Positions 1-9,570 of a stretch of 40,848 nt of DNA are shown here, piece after piece. Made by a program: the position numbers and the translations under genes. Source of the DNA: a virus. Its lineage: Duplodnaviria; Heunggongvirae; Uroviricota; Caudoviricetes. How positions within the stretch are numbered: the stretch's first letter is position 1; the number at the start of each line of letters is the position of its first letter. The DNA lies in the IMG/VR virus record IMGVR_UViG_2778261067_000009, one strand, 5' to 3'. Below the pieces are notes generated by a model. The model was not told the origin of the DNA and did not search any database. It saw only the letters and a program-made list of their open reading frames with translations.

Positions 1-327
1 ATGAAAAGAAACCTTCCGTTAATTATTTTGTTGTCTTCTCTGGTTATGGGCTGTACGCAACATAAAACAGATATGCCCCGACAGTTGGTTAAGGCATTAC
101 CACAATATCCGGCCTATGCAGCGGCAAATTATATAAAGGGACGGGTTGATGTGAAGTTTGATATTGGTGCTGATGGTACTGTCACCCGAATTGAGTTTAT
201 CCGTTCAGAGCCGCACCATTTGTTTGATGAGCAGGTTGTAAAGGCGATGGCAAAATGGCGATTTGAGAAGGACAGGCCGTGTAAAGGCGTGAAGAAAACG
301 TTTATCTTTAGTCCTTCTGCACCCTGA
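1..327 (+). CDS. Prophage-encoded lipoprotein with TonB C-terminal-like domain
   Basis: Signal peptide plus lipobox (LVMGC) at N-terminus; C-terminal part fits the TonB_C pattern (PxYP...G.V.V.F.I..DG.V....) as recalled; sits just upstream of cos like lambda bor-type morons. Confidence 0.6.
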   Translation: MKRNLPLIILLSSLVMGCTQHKTDMPRQLVKALPQYPAYAAANYIKGRVDVKFDIGADGTVTRIEFIRSEPHHLFDEQVVKAMAKWRFEKDRPCKGVKKTFIFSPSAP

Positions 328-458
328 TTATTTCATCAGAAATTAATTATCACTCTGTTGTTATTCTGTACATCCCGGCAGGGTAAGTCTTGTTCCGTCG
401 GATATGAAGATGAAATATTGTTGGAGGACAGTGGGTACCTGCTCCTGTAACCGAACGT

Positions 459-659
459 TCATTTCTCGTTATTTTTCATGCTGGCCGGGCGCAGATGCGT
501 TGCATCTGTTGCCAGCCTTCTCCTGCAGGCTTCAATAACCCACGCTGAAAAGTTTCCTGAACCTTTCAGATCAAGAGCGATGTTAATTTGTTCAATCATC
601 TGGTTTGGAAATCGGATGTTGCGGGTTGTTGTTCTGCGGGTTCTGTTCTTTGATGACAT
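459..659 (-). CDS. ynfO: YlcI/YnfO family (DUF3950) small prophage protein
   Basis: 66 aa product MSSKNRTRRTTTRNIRFPNQMIEQINIAL...GSGNFSAWVIEACRRRL closely resembles E. coli prophage YnfO/YlcI proteins from memory. Confidence 0.6.
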   Translation of the reverse strand: MSSKNRTRRTTTRNIRFPNQMIEQINIALDLKGSGNFSAWVIEACRRRLATDATHLRPASMKNNEK

Positions 660-835
660 AATGTTTCCCCATATTCAGTGTTGCTGATTTGTATTATCTG
701 AAGTTGCTTTTACGTTAATTTGATGCAGATCAATCAATACGATACCTGCGTCATAATTGATTATTTCTCGTGGTTTGATGGCGTACACACATGTTGTGAT
801 AAACCTTATATAGATGATAATCATTATCATTTCGT

Positions 836-1015
836 GGGTCCTTTCCGGCGATCCGGGCCGTTACGGGGCGGCGACCTCGCGCGTTTTCGCTATTTATGAA
901 AATTTTCCGGGATCCATGTCCGGTTTCTCTTCAAGTTAACTATATGAAAAATATAAAAACAGGTCTTCTGTGAACCGGACATGAACAAAAAACAGACATG
1001 TAAACCGGACATGGC
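836..1015 (+). other. cos: Prophage cos site: cosQ-like GGGTCCTTTCCGG (836-848), cosN GGGCGGCGACCT (866-877), cosB with three CCGGACATG-type repeats (915-923 inverted, 975-983, 1005-1013)
   Basis: Near-identical to lambda cohesive-end sequence GGGCGGCGACCTCGCGGGTTTTCGCTATTTATGAAAATTTTCCGG; located immediately upstream of the Nu1 homologue as in lambda. Confidence 0.85.
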
Positions 1016-1060
1016 CGGTTTTGTTGTGATTGTGAGGTGAGAGTTTTTGCGAGGTGAGGA

Positions 1061-1570
1061 GTGGCTACGCAGACTGAAGTTGCCAGGCATTTAAGTCTGA
1101 CCGATCGCCAGCTTCGCAGATTGCAGAAATTGCCGGGTGCCCCGATATCGAATAAGCGAGGGCAACTGGATCTGGATGCCTGGCGCGATTTTTACATATC
1201 GTATCTGAGAAGAAGTAAAAACGATGTGCCTGATGGCGATAGCGAAGACGACTATGAGGAGAAATTGCTTATTGCCAGATGGGAACTGACAGCAGAACAA
1301 GCTGTTACACAGCAGTTAAAAAATGAGGTGTCAAAAGGAAAACTTATTGACACCGGGTTCTGTATTTTTGCCCTCAGCAAGCTGGCAATGGCGTTATCCA
1401 GTACGCTTGATTCCATCCCTTTATCCATGCAACGACAGTTTCCTGATTTAACACCGCGCCATCTTGACCATCTGAAAACCCTTATTGCGAAGGGGGCAAA
1501 TCAGTGTGCGCGGGCAGGGGATAAATTACCGGATTTACTCGATGAATATATCAGAGCAACAACTGAATAA
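1061..1570 (+). CDS. nu1: Terminase small subunit (lambda Nu1-like)
   Basis: N-terminal HTH region and C-terminal ...FCIFALSKLA...LDSIPLSMQRQFPDL... match lambda Nu1; probable GTG start with GGAGG just upstream; 3' end overlaps terminase large subunit start. Confidence 0.85.
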   Translation: MATQTEVARHLSLTDRQLRRLQKLPGAPISNKRGQLDLDAWRDFYISYLRRSKNDVPDGDSEDDYEEKLLIARWELTAEQAVTQQLKNEVSKGKLIDTGFCIFALSKLAMALSSTLDSIPLSMQRQFPDLTPRHLDHLKTLIAKGANQCARAGDKLPDLLDEYIRATTE

Positions 1571-3470
1571 TATGATGAGTGCTGTCACAACAGCATTACA
1601 GCCCCTGATAAGGGCATTGCCGGTGACGCCAGTTGAATGGGCTGATCAAAATTATTATCTGCCTAAAGAATCCTCATACGGTGACGGAGAATGGAAAACG
1701 CTGCCGTTCCAGGTCGCCATTATGAACTGTATGGGTAACGACCAGGTTCGCACGGTTAACCTGATTAAATCTGCCCGTGTTGGCTATACAAAGATGTTGC
1801 TGGGGGTGGTCGGGTATTTTATTGAGCATAAATCACGAAACAGTCTGCTTTTTCAGCCCACGGATTCTGCCGCTGAAGATTTTATGAAGTCTCACGTGGA
1901 GGCGACGATTCGGGATGTGCCATGCCTGAAAGACCTTTCCCCATGGCTGGGTCGTAAACATCGTGATAATACCCTCACGCTGAAACGTTTTTCATCGGGC
2001 GTGGGTTTCTGGTGCCTGGGCGGGGCTGCCGCTAAAAACTACCGTGAAAAATCCGTGGACGTGGTCTGCTATGACGAACTTTCCTCGTTCGAACCGGATG
2101 TCGAAAAAGAGGGTTCGCCAACCCTGCTTGGGGATAAACGTATTGAGGGCTCTGTATGGCCCAAATCCATTCGCGGCTCGACGCCTAAAATCAAAGGCAC
2201 CTGCCAGATCGAAAAAGCGGCCAACGAGTCGGCGCATTTCATGCGTTTTTATGTGCCCTGCCCACACTGTGGGGAGGCGCAGTATCTGAAATTTGGCGAT
2301 GAATCCACGCCTTTTGGCCTTAAATGGGAGAAGGACAGCCCCGAAAGCGTTTTCTACCTCTGTGAACATCATGGCTGCGTGATCCATCAGTCTGAGCTTG
2401 ACCAGAGCAACGGGCGGTGGATCTGTGAAAACACGGGGATGGGGACCCGTGACGGTCTGACGTTTTTCAGCGCCGCGGATAATGAAATTCCGCCGCCGCG
2501 ATCCATCACGTTCCATATCTGGACGGCGTACAGTCCGTTCACCACCTGGGTACAGATAGTCTATGACTGGCTGGATGCACTGAAAGATCCCAACGGCCTG
2601 AAAACCTTTGTGAACACCACGCTGGGCGAGACCTGGGAAGAGGCCGTGGGCGAAAAACTCGATCACCAGGTACTGATGGATAAGGTCGTGCATTACACGG
2701 CGGCGGTGCCAGCCCGGGTGGTTTATCTGACGGCGGGCATTGACTCGCAGCGAAACCGTTTTGAGATGTATGTCTGGGGATGGGCTCCGGGAGAGGAAGC
2801 CTTTCTGGTGGATAAAATCATCATTATGGGACGTCCTGATGAGGAAGAGACGCTGTTACGTGTGGATGCGGCGATCAACAAAAAATACCGCCATGCGGAT
2901 GGCACCGAAATGACCATTTCCCGTGTCTGCTGGGACACCGGGGGGATCGATGGCGAAATCGTTTATCAGAGGTCAAAAAAACACGGTGTTTTCCGGGTAC
3001 TGCCGGTAAAAGGCGCATCTGTCTATGGCAAGCCGGTGATCACCATGCCAAAAAACCGCAATCAGCGGGGCGTTTATCTGTGTGAAGTGGGGACGGACAC
3101 CGCAAAAGAAATTCTCTATGCCCGTATGAAAGCCGAGCCCACGCCTGCGGATGAAGCCACGTCGTATGCCATCCGTTTTCCTGATGATCCGGAGATTTTT
3201 TCGCAGACAGAGGCGCAGCAACTGGTCGCGGAAGAGCTTGTGGAGAAGTGGGAAAAAGGAAAGATGCGTCTGCTGTGGGATAACAAAAAGCGGCGTAACG
3301 AAGCGCTGGACTGCCTGGTGTATGCCTACGCGGCATTACGTGTGTCCGTGCAACGCTGGCAGCTTGATCTGGCTGTACTGGCAAAATCCCGGGAAGAAGA
3401 GACGACCCGGCCAACCCTTAAAGAACTGGCAGCGAAGCTGTCCGGAGGAGTGAATGGTTACAGTCGCTGA
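1542..3470 (+). CDS. A: Terminase large subunit (lambda gpA-like)
   Basis: MNISEQQLNN... N-terminus and long stretches (AVEWADQNYYLPKESSYGDGEWKTLPFQ, KSIRGSTPK, WTAYSPFTTWVQIV) match lambda gpA; start chosen at ATG 1542 inside the longer six-frame ORF. Confidence 0.95.
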   Translation: MNISEQQLNNMMSAVTTALQPLIRALPVTPVEWADQNYYLPKESSYGDGEWKTLPFQVAIMNCMGNDQVRTVNLIKSARVGYTKMLLGVVGYFIEHKSRNSLLFQPTDSAAEDFMKSHVEATIRDVPCLKDLSPWLGRKHRDNTLTLKRFSSGVGFWCLGGAAAKNYREKSVDVVCYDELSSFEPDVEKEGSPTLLGDKRIEGSVWPKSIRGSTPKIKGTCQIEKAANESAHFMRFYVPCPHCGEAQYLKFGDESTPFGLKWEKDSPESVFYLCEHHGCVIHQSELDQSNGRWICENTGMGTRDGLTFFSAADNEIPPPRSITFHIWTAYSPFTTWVQIVYDWLDALKDPNGLKTFVNTTLGETWEEAVGEKLDHQVLMDKVVHYTAAVPARVVYLTAGIDSQRNRFEMYVWGWAPGEEAFLVDKIIIMGRPDEEETLLRVDAAINKKYRHADGTEMTISRVCWDTGGIDGEIVYQRSKKHGVFRVLPVKGASVYGKPVITMPKNRNQRGVYLCEVGTDTAKEILYARMKAEPTPADEATSYAIRFPDDPEIFSQTEAQQLVAEELVEKWEKGKMRLLWDNKKRRNEALDCLVYAYAALRVSVQRWQLDLAVLAKSREEETTRPTLKELAAKLSGGVNGYSR

Positions 3471-3660
3471 ACTGCAGGCGCTGCGTCAGGCGCGCCTTGA
3501 TTTATTAACCGGTAAACGGGTGGTGTCTGTCCAGAAAGATGGTCGCAGAATTGAATATACGGCGGCCTCTCTGGATGAGCTTAACCGGGCGATCAATGAT
3601 GCTGAGTCGGTACTGGGGACAACCCGCCGTCGCCGTCGTCCACTGGGAGTGAGGTTATGA
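3454..3660 (+). CDS. W: Head-tail joining protein (lambda gpW-like)
   Basis: 68 aa; LTGKRVVSVQKDGRRIEYTAAS matches lambda W; overlaps A stop. Confidence 0.9.
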   Translation: MVTVAELQALRQARLDLLTGKRVVSVQKDGRRIEYTAASLDELNRAINDAESVLGTTRRRRRPLGVRL

Positions 3661-5249
3661 AACGAACGCCTGTCCTGATTGATGTGAACGGCGTTCCGCT
3701 TCGGGAGAGCCTCAGCTACAACGGGGGCGGCGCAGGATTTGGCGGGCAAATGGCGGAGTGGTTGCCACCCTCGCAGAGTGCCGATGCGGCCCTGCTGCCT
3801 GCGTTGCGTCTGGGGAATGCCCGGGCAGATGATCTGGTGCGCAATAACGGAATAGCGGCTAATGCGGTGGCCCTGCATAAGGATCATATTGTCGGGCATA
3901 TGTTTCTGATCAGCTACCGTCCGAACTGGCGCTGGCTGGGGATGCGGGAGACTGCGGCAAAAAGTTTTGTCGATGAGGTGGAGGCGGCCTGGTCAGAATA
4001 CGCAGAAGGGATGTTTGGTGAGATCGACGTGGAAGGGAAACGCACGTTTACGGAATTTATCCGTGAAGGTGTGGGCGTTCATGCGTTTAACGGCGAAATC
4101 TTTGTGCAGCCGGTCTGGGATACGGAGAGCACGCAACTGTTTCGTACGCGTTTTAAAGCCGTGAGTCCGAAACGGGTGGACACGCCAGGACACGGTATCG
4201 GGAACCGTTTTCTGCGGGCCGGGGTGGAGGTCGATCGATATGGGCGTGCCGTTGCGTACCATATCTGTGAGGATGATTTTCCTCGCTCCGGGAGTGGACG
4301 ATGGGAACGGATCCCGCGTGAACTTCCCACCGGGCGTCCGGCCATGCTGCATATTTTCGAGCCGGTGGAGGACGGGCAGACCCGTGGGGCCAATCAGTTT
4401 TACAGCGTCATGGAACGGCTGAAGATGCTCGATTCCCTGCAGGCAACACAGCTTCAGTCGGCCATTGTCAAGGCCATGTATGCAGCGACAATTGAAAGTG
4501 AACTGGATACCGAAAAGGCCTTTGAATATATCGCCGGTGCGCCGCAGGGGCAGAAGGATAATCCGCTTATTAATATTCTGGAGAAGTTCTCCAGCTGGTA
4601 TGACACGAATCACGTGACGCTGGGCGGTGTCAAAATTCCGCACCTTTTCCCTGGTGATGATCTGAAACTGCAGACAGCGCAGGATTCAGACAATGGATTT
4701 TCGGCGCTTGAACAGGCGCTGCTGCGGTATATCGCCGCCGGTCTTGGCGTTTCCTACGAACAGTTGTCCCGTGATTACTCGAAGGTCAGTTACTCAAGTG
4801 CCCGCGCCTCCGCCAATGAGTCGTGGCGCTATTTTATGGGGCGGCGAAAATTTATTGCGGCCCGACTGGCCACGCAGATATTTTCCTGCTGGCTGGAAGA
4901 GGCACTTCTTCGGGGGATTATTCGTCCGCCACGGGCACGTTTTGATTTTTATCAGGCGCGATCAGCCTGGTCACGGGCAGAGTGGATTGGTGCCGGAAGA
5001 ATGGCCATTGACGGGCTCAAGGAAGTCCAGGAATCAGTGATGCGCATTGAGGCCGGACTGAGCACGTATGAGAAAGAGCTGGCGCTGATGGGCGAGGATT
5101 ATCAGGACATTTTCCGCCAGCAGGTCAGGGAATCTGCAGAGCGGGAAAAAGCCGGACTCTCACGCCCGGTGTGGATAGCGCAGGCGTATCAGCATCAGAT
5201 AGCGGAGAGTCGCAGGCCGGAAGAGGAGACAACACCACGTGAGACGTAA
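3657..5249 (+). CDS. B: Portal protein (lambda gpB-like)
   Basis: 530 aa; ALLPALRLGNARADDLVRNNG, FEPVEDGQTRGANQFYSVME, LLRYIAAGLGVSYEQLSR motifs match lambda B. Confidence 0.95.
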   Translation: MKRTPVLIDVNGVPLRESLSYNGGGAGFGGQMAEWLPPSQSADAALLPALRLGNARADDLVRNNGIAANAVALHKDHIVGHMFLISYRPNWRWLGMRETAAKSFVDEVEAAWSEYAEGMFGEIDVEGKRTFTEFIREGVGVHAFNGEIFVQPVWDTESTQLFRTRFKAVSPKRVDTPGHGIGNRFLRAGVEVDRYGRAVAYHICEDDFPRSGSGRWERIPRELPTGRPAMLHIFEPVEDGQTRGANQFYSVMERLKMLDSLQATQLQSAIVKAMYAATIESELDTEKAFEYIAGAPQGQKDNPLINILEKFSSWYDTNHVTLGGVKIPHLFPGDDLKLQTAQDSDNGFSALEQALLRYIAAGLGVSYEQLSRDYSKVSYSSARASANESWRYFMGRRKFIAARLATQIFSCWLEEALLRGIIRPPRARFDFYQARSAWSRAEWIGAGRMAIDGLKEVQESVMRIEAGLSTYEKELALMGEDYQDIFRQQVRESAEREKAGLSRPVWIAQAYQHQIAESRRPEEETTPRET

Positions 5250-6744
5250 TCTTTCACACATTATTGCCGCAGCATTCAATGAACCGCTGCTTCTGGAGCC
5301 CGCCTATGCGCGGGTTTTCTTTTGCGCGCTCGGGCGCGAGATGAGGGCAGCAAGTCTTTCGGTACCACAACAGCAGGTACAGCTTGATGCTCCCGGAATG
5401 CTGGCTGAAACGGATGAGTACATGGCCGGAGGTAAACGACCGGCCCGTGTTTACCGGGTGGTGAACGGTATTGCTGTACTGCCGGTGACCGGCACGCTGG
5501 TGCACCGGCTGGGTGGTATGCGGCCATTTTCCGGAATGACAGGCTATGACGGTATTGTCGCCTGTCTTCAGCAGGCAATGGCGGATAGCCAGGTGCAGGG
5601 CGTACTGCTGGACATTGACAGTCCGGGCGGGCAGGCCGCCGGCGCGTTTGACTGCGCTGACATGATTTACCGCCTCCGTCAGCAGAAGCCGGTCTGGGCA
5701 CTGTGCAATGACACGGCCTGTTCTGCAGCCATGCTGCTGGCGTCGGCCTGCTCCCGACGGCTGGTTACCCAGACATCCCGTATCGGCTCCATTGGCGTGA
5801 TGATGAGCCATGTCAGCTATGCCGGTCATCTGGCGCAGGCCGGTGTGGATATCACGCTGATTTATGCCGGGGCGCACAAGGTGGATGGCAATCAGTTTGA
5901 AGCGTTGCCGGCAGAGGTTCGCCAGGATATGCAGCAGCGGATTGATGCGGCGCACCGGATGTTTGCCGAAAAAGTGGCGATGTATACCGGGTTGTCTGTG
6001 GATGCGGTCACGGGAACAGAGGCCGCCGTTTTTGAAGGTCAGTCCGGCATTGAGGCCGGGCTGGCGGATGAATTAATCAATGCGTCGGATGCCATCAGTG
6101 TGATGGCCACGGCGCTGAACAGTAATGTCAGAGGAGGCACTATGCCGCAATTAACTGCAACGGAAGCCGCCGTGCAGGAGAACCAGCGAGTGATGGGGAT
6201 CCTGACATGCCAGGAAGCGAAAGGACGTGAACAGCTTGCCACGATGCTGGCAGGGCAACAGGGCATGAGCGTTGAACAGGCCCGGGCGATTCTGGCCGCG
6301 GCGGCACCGCAGCAGCCGGTGGCATCCGCGCAGAGTGAAGCCGATCGCATTATGGCGTGTGAAGAAGCGAACGGTCGTGAACAACTGGCGGCAACGCTGG
6401 CGGCGATGCCGGAGATGACGGTGGAAAAAGCCCGCCCGATCCTGGCGGCTGCACCACTGGCGGATGCCGGGCCCTCACTTCGTGATCAGATCATGGCCCT
6501 GGATGAGGCAAAAGGGGCAGAAGCGCAGGCTGAAAAACTGGCGGCCTGCCCGGGAATGACCGTGGAGAACGCCCGGGCTGTGCTGGCTGCGGGATCAGGT
6601 AAGGCCGAACCGGTCTCTGCATCCACAACCGCCCTGTTTGAACATTTCATGGCGAATCATTCACCGGCAGCGGTGCGGGGTGGCGTGTCACAGACGTCAG
6701 CAGACGGTGATGCGGACGTGAAAATGCTCATGGCCATGCCATGA
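5239..6744 (+). CDS. C: Head maturation protease / scaffold (lambda gpC with nested Nu3-like C-terminal domain), S49-type peptidase
   Basis: AFNEPLLLEPAYARVFFCAL and ClpP/S49-like core match lambda C; GTG start overlapping portal stop; C-terminal third carries scaffold-like repeats. Confidence 0.9.
   Translation: MRRNLSHIIAAAFNEPLLLEPAYARVFFCALGREMRAASLSVPQQQVQLDAPGMLAETDEYMAGGKRPARVYRVVNGIAVLPVTGTLVHRLGGMRPFSGMTGYDGIVACLQQAMADSQVQGVLLDIDSPGGQAAGAFDCADMIYRLRQQKPVWALCNDTACSAAMLLASACSRRLVTQTSRIGSIGVMMSHVSYAGHLAQAGVDITLIYAGAHKVDGNQFEALPAEVRQDMQQRIDAAHRMFAEKVAMYTGLSVDAVTGTEAAVFEGQSGIEAGLADELINASDAISVMATALNSNVRGGTMPQLTATEAAVQENQRVMGILTCQEAKGREQLATMLAGQQGMSVEQARAILAAAAPQQPVASAQSEADRIMACEEANGREQLAATLAAMPEMTVEKARPILAAAPLADAGPSLRDQIMALDEAKGAEAQAEKLAACPGMTVENARAVLAAGSGKAEPVSASTTALFEHFMANHSPAAVRGGVSQTSADGDADVKMLMAMP
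6187..6600 (+). repeat. Three diverged tandem in-frame repeats (~47-53 aa each) within the Nu3/scaffold part of gene C
   Basis: Protein repeats RVMGILTCQEAKGREQLATMLAGQQGMSVEQARAILAAAAP / RIMACEEANGREQLAATLAAMPEMTVEKARPILAAAP / QIMALDEAKGAEAQAEKLAACPGMTVENARAVLAAGSG; lambda has one such unit as recalled. Confidence 0.6.
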
Positions 6745-6780
6745 AGTCAGTGCTGACCATCAATATGAGGTTTTAACAAA

Positions 6781-7128
6781 ATGGTGACGAAAACCATCAC
6801 TGAACAGCGTGCGGAAGTACGTATTTTTGCTGGTAATGATCCGGCTCATACCGCCACAGGCAGCAGCGGGATTTCTTCTGCAACACCGGCTCTGACGCCC
6901 CTGATGCTGGATGAAGCCACCGGGAAACTGGTGGTCTGGGATGGACAGAAAGCCGGTAGTGCGGTTGGCATACTGGTACTGCCGCTTGAAGGCACAGAGA
7001 CGGTGCTGACCTATTACAAGTCGGGGACCTTTGCGACGGAGGCAATCCGCTGGCCTGACAGTGTGGATGAACACAAAAAGGCAAATGCCTTTGCCGGCAC
7101 AGCCCTGAGTCACGCGGCTCTGCCGTAA
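6781..7128 (+). CDS. D: Head decoration protein (lambda gpD-like)
   Basis: DPAHTAT...TPLMLDE...KLVVWDG...AVGIL...YKSGTF motifs match lambda D. Confidence 0.9.
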   Translation: MVTKTITEQRAEVRIFAGNDPAHTATGSSGISSATPALTPLMLDEATGKLVVWDGQKAGSAVGILVLPLEGTETVLTYYKSGTFATEAIRWPDSVDEHKKANAFAGTALSHAALP

Positions 7129-7185
7129 CACGTTATCAGGCCACCATGGTGGCCTGACTGATTTCTGAATGAAAGGAACTGATTT

Positions 7186-8214
7186 ATGGGATTGTTTACG
7201 ACCCGCCAGTTACTCGGTTATACCGAACAAAAAGTTAAATTCCGTGCGCTATTTCTGGAGCTGTTTTTCCGCCGTACGGTGAATTTCCACACCGAAGAGG
7301 TGATGCTGGACAAAATTACCGGAAAAACGCCGGTGGCGGCCTATGTCTCCCCGATCGTTGAAGGAAAAGTGCTGCGCCATCGTGGTGGTGAAACCCGCGT
7401 GTTGCGTCCGGGCTACGTCAAGCCGAAACACGAATTTAATTACCAGCAGGCGGTTGAGCGCCTTCCCGGTGAAGATCCGGCTCAGCTGAACGACCCGGCC
7501 TACCGTCGTCTGCGTATCATCACTGATAACCTCAAACAGGAAGAGCACGCTATTGTGCAGGTGGAAGAAATGCAGGCGGTGAATGCCGTGCTGTATGGCA
7601 AATATACGATGGAAGGAGACCAGTTCGAGAAAATTGAAGTCGATTTTGGCCGATCGACGAAGAATAACATCATACAAGGTAGCGGTAAGGAGTGGTCAAA
7701 ACAGGATCGTGACACGTTCGACCCGACATATGATATCGACCTTTTCTGTGATCAGGCCAGTGGTCTTGTGAATATTGCCATTATGGACGGTACCGTCTGG
7801 CGTCTGCTGAATGGCTTTAAGCTTTTCCGCGAAAAAATGGATACCCGTCGCGGTTCAAATTCACAACTCGAAACGGCAGTGAAAGATCTGGGCGCAGTGG
7901 TATCCTTCAAGGGGTATTACGGCGATCTGGCCATTGTGGTAGCGAAAACGTCTTATGTGGCAGAGGACGGTACCGAAAAACGTTATCTGCCGGAGGGCAC
8001 GCTGGTGCTGGGGAATACGGCAGCAGAGGGGATTCGTTGCTATGGAGCCATTAAGGATGCACAGGCGTTGTCTGAAGGAGTGGTGGCTTCTTCCCGTTAC
8101 CCGAAACACTGGCTGACCGTGGGCGATCCGTCCTGTGAATTCACCATGACGCAGTCCGCGCCGCTGATGGTGCTGCCGGATCCGGATGAGTTTGTGGTGG
8201 TACAGGTGAAATAA
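7186..8214 (+). CDS. E: Major capsid protein (lambda gpE-like)
   Basis: 342 aa; YVSPIV.G.V.R.RGG, PGYVKPKHE, EDPAQLNDPAYRR, LETAVKDLG, TMTQSAPLMVLPDPDEFV match lambda E. Confidence 0.95.
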   Translation: MGLFTTRQLLGYTEQKVKFRALFLELFFRRTVNFHTEEVMLDKITGKTPVAAYVSPIVEGKVLRHRGGETRVLRPGYVKPKHEFNYQQAVERLPGEDPAQLNDPAYRRLRIITDNLKQEEHAIVQVEEMQAVNAVLYGKYTMEGDQFEKIEVDFGRSTKNNIIQGSGKEWSKQDRDTFDPTYDIDLFCDQASGLVNIAIMDGTVWRLLNGFKLFREKMDTRRGSNSQLETAVKDLGAVVSFKGYYGDLAIVVAKTSYVAEDGTEKRYLPEGTLVLGNTAAEGIRCYGAIKDAQALSEGVVASSRYPKHWLTVGDPSCEFTMTQSAPLMVLPDPDEFVVVQVK

Positions 8215-8265
8215 TCCGTGAGCGGGGGCGAAATGCCCCCGTGTTTTTTTCACAGGGAGCTGGAT

Positions 8266-8634
8266 ATGGCAACAAAAGAAGAAAATCAGAAACGTCTTCG
8301 TGAACTGGCTGGTCTGCTGGGGCGCGAGGCGGATATGTCGGGGAGTGCTGCGGATATCGCACAGCGTGTGGCAGAGTGGGAAGAGGAGGTTTGCGCCTCG
8401 GAAAATGAAATCGCAGATGTTGATGATACCGTTCATGAGCAGGCATGCAGGCACACCGGTGAGGATGACGTTGGTATTCTGGAACGTATCAGGCTTCTGA
8501 AGTGTTTTTACCTGTGCGGTGTTGACGATAAAACAGGTGAGCCTGTTGAGCATGTTGATGCTGGCAGAGTAATTCTGATGCCCCCCTCAGTGGCAAAAGA
8601 CATGGTTAGGAGCGGAATGGCCGTTTATGCGTGA
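8266..8634 (+). CDS. FI: DNA packaging protein (lambda FI-like)
   Basis: Position between E and FII; start chosen at ATG 8266 preceded by AGGGAG; weak similarity to lambda FI only. Confidence 0.65.
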   Translation: MATKEENQKRLRELAGLLGREADMSGSAADIAQRVAEWEEEVCASENEIADVDDTVHEQACRHTGEDDVGILERIRLLKCFYLCGVDDKTGEPVEHVDAGRVILMPPSVAKDMVRSGMAVYA

Positions 8635-8980
8635 TTTTGAGAATTCCTTTGATGCTGCCCTTGCCGGGGTGGACAGAACGATTGTTGAAGTGATGGGGCT
8701 CTGTGCGCAGTTCACCTCGGGGGCACAGTGTGGCAGCGAAGTTCAGGGGGTTTTTGACGATCCGGAGTCGCTGGGGTTTGCCGGTAGCGGGGTCCGTATT
8801 GAAGGAAGCAGCCCGTCATTATTTGTGCGGACGGATACGGTTCGTGCCGTGCGGCGTGGTGACACGCTGACCATTAATGGTGAGACATTCTGGGTGGATC
8901 GTGTTTCTCCGGATGACGGGGGTAGCTGTTATCTCTGGCTCAACCGTGGGCAACCACCCGCAGTTAACCGGCGACGATAA
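8627..8980 (+). CDS. FII: Head completion protein (lambda FII-like)
   Basis: GVFDDPESLGFAGSGVRIEGSSPSLFVRTD...WVDRVSPDDGGSCYLWL...PPAVNRRR nearly identical to lambda FII. Confidence 0.9.
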   Translation: MRDFENSFDAALAGVDRTIVEVMGLCAQFTSGAQCGSEVQGVFDDPESLGFAGSGVRIEGSSPSLFVRTDTVRAVRRGDTLTINGETFWVDRVSPDDGGSCYLWLNRGQPPAVNRRR

Positions 8981-8994
8981 ACGCAGGGTGAATT

Positions 8995-9570
8995 ATGGCG
9001 ATAAAAGGGCTTGATCAGGCGATTGACAATCTGAGCCGGGTTCGTAAAAACGCCATTCCGGCTGCTTCTGCAATGACCATTAACCGCGTGGCCACAACGG
9101 CGATTAATCAGTCTTCGTCACAGGTTGCCCGGGAAACCAGGGTGAGACGGAAACTGGTAAAGGAACGGTCCAGACTGAAACGGGCGACGGTCAGAAATCC
9201 GAATGCCAGAATTATCGTTAACCGCGGTGATCTCCCTGTGATTAAGCTGGGGATCAGAATGCTGGGGCGTCGTCCGAACAGCATACTCAAAGCCGGTCAG
9301 CATCGTTATCAGCGGGCATTTATCCAGCGATTAAATAATGGGCGCTTGCATGTTATGCAACGTCTTCCCCAGGCCAGATATGAGGAGGGCAATGACGACA
9401 AGGGAAGGAAAAAGCGTAATCGCCTTCCCATTCAGGTGGTGAAAATCCCGATGGCGGCCCCACTGAAACAGGCATTTGATGAGAATGTTGACCGTATCCG
9501 GCGTGAACGCCTGCCTAAAGAACTGGCATACGCGCTGAAACAACAACTGAGGATTGCGATAAAACGATGA
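8995..9570 (+). CDS. Z: Minor tail protein Z
   Basis: MAIKGLDQAIDNLSR...SSQVARETRVRRKLVKERSRLKRATV...IRRERLPKEL matches lambda Z. Confidence 0.9.
   Translation: MAIKGLDQAIDNLSRVRKNAIPAASAMTINRVATTAINQSSSQVARETRVRRKLVKERSRLKRATVRNPNARIIVNRGDLPVIKLGIRMLGRRPNSILKAGQHRYQRAFIQRLNNGRLHVMQRLPQARYEEGNDDKGRKKRNRLPIQVVKIPMAAPLKQAFDENVDRIRRERLPKELAYALKQQLRIAIKR

Noticed and set aside
478-687. 69 aa plus-strand ORF
   Set aside because: Antisense to the YnfO-like gene, which has a recognisable family match.
1992-2693. 233 aa minus-strand ORF
   Set aside because: Lies inside the terminase large subunit gene on the opposite strand; no RBS and no recognisable family.
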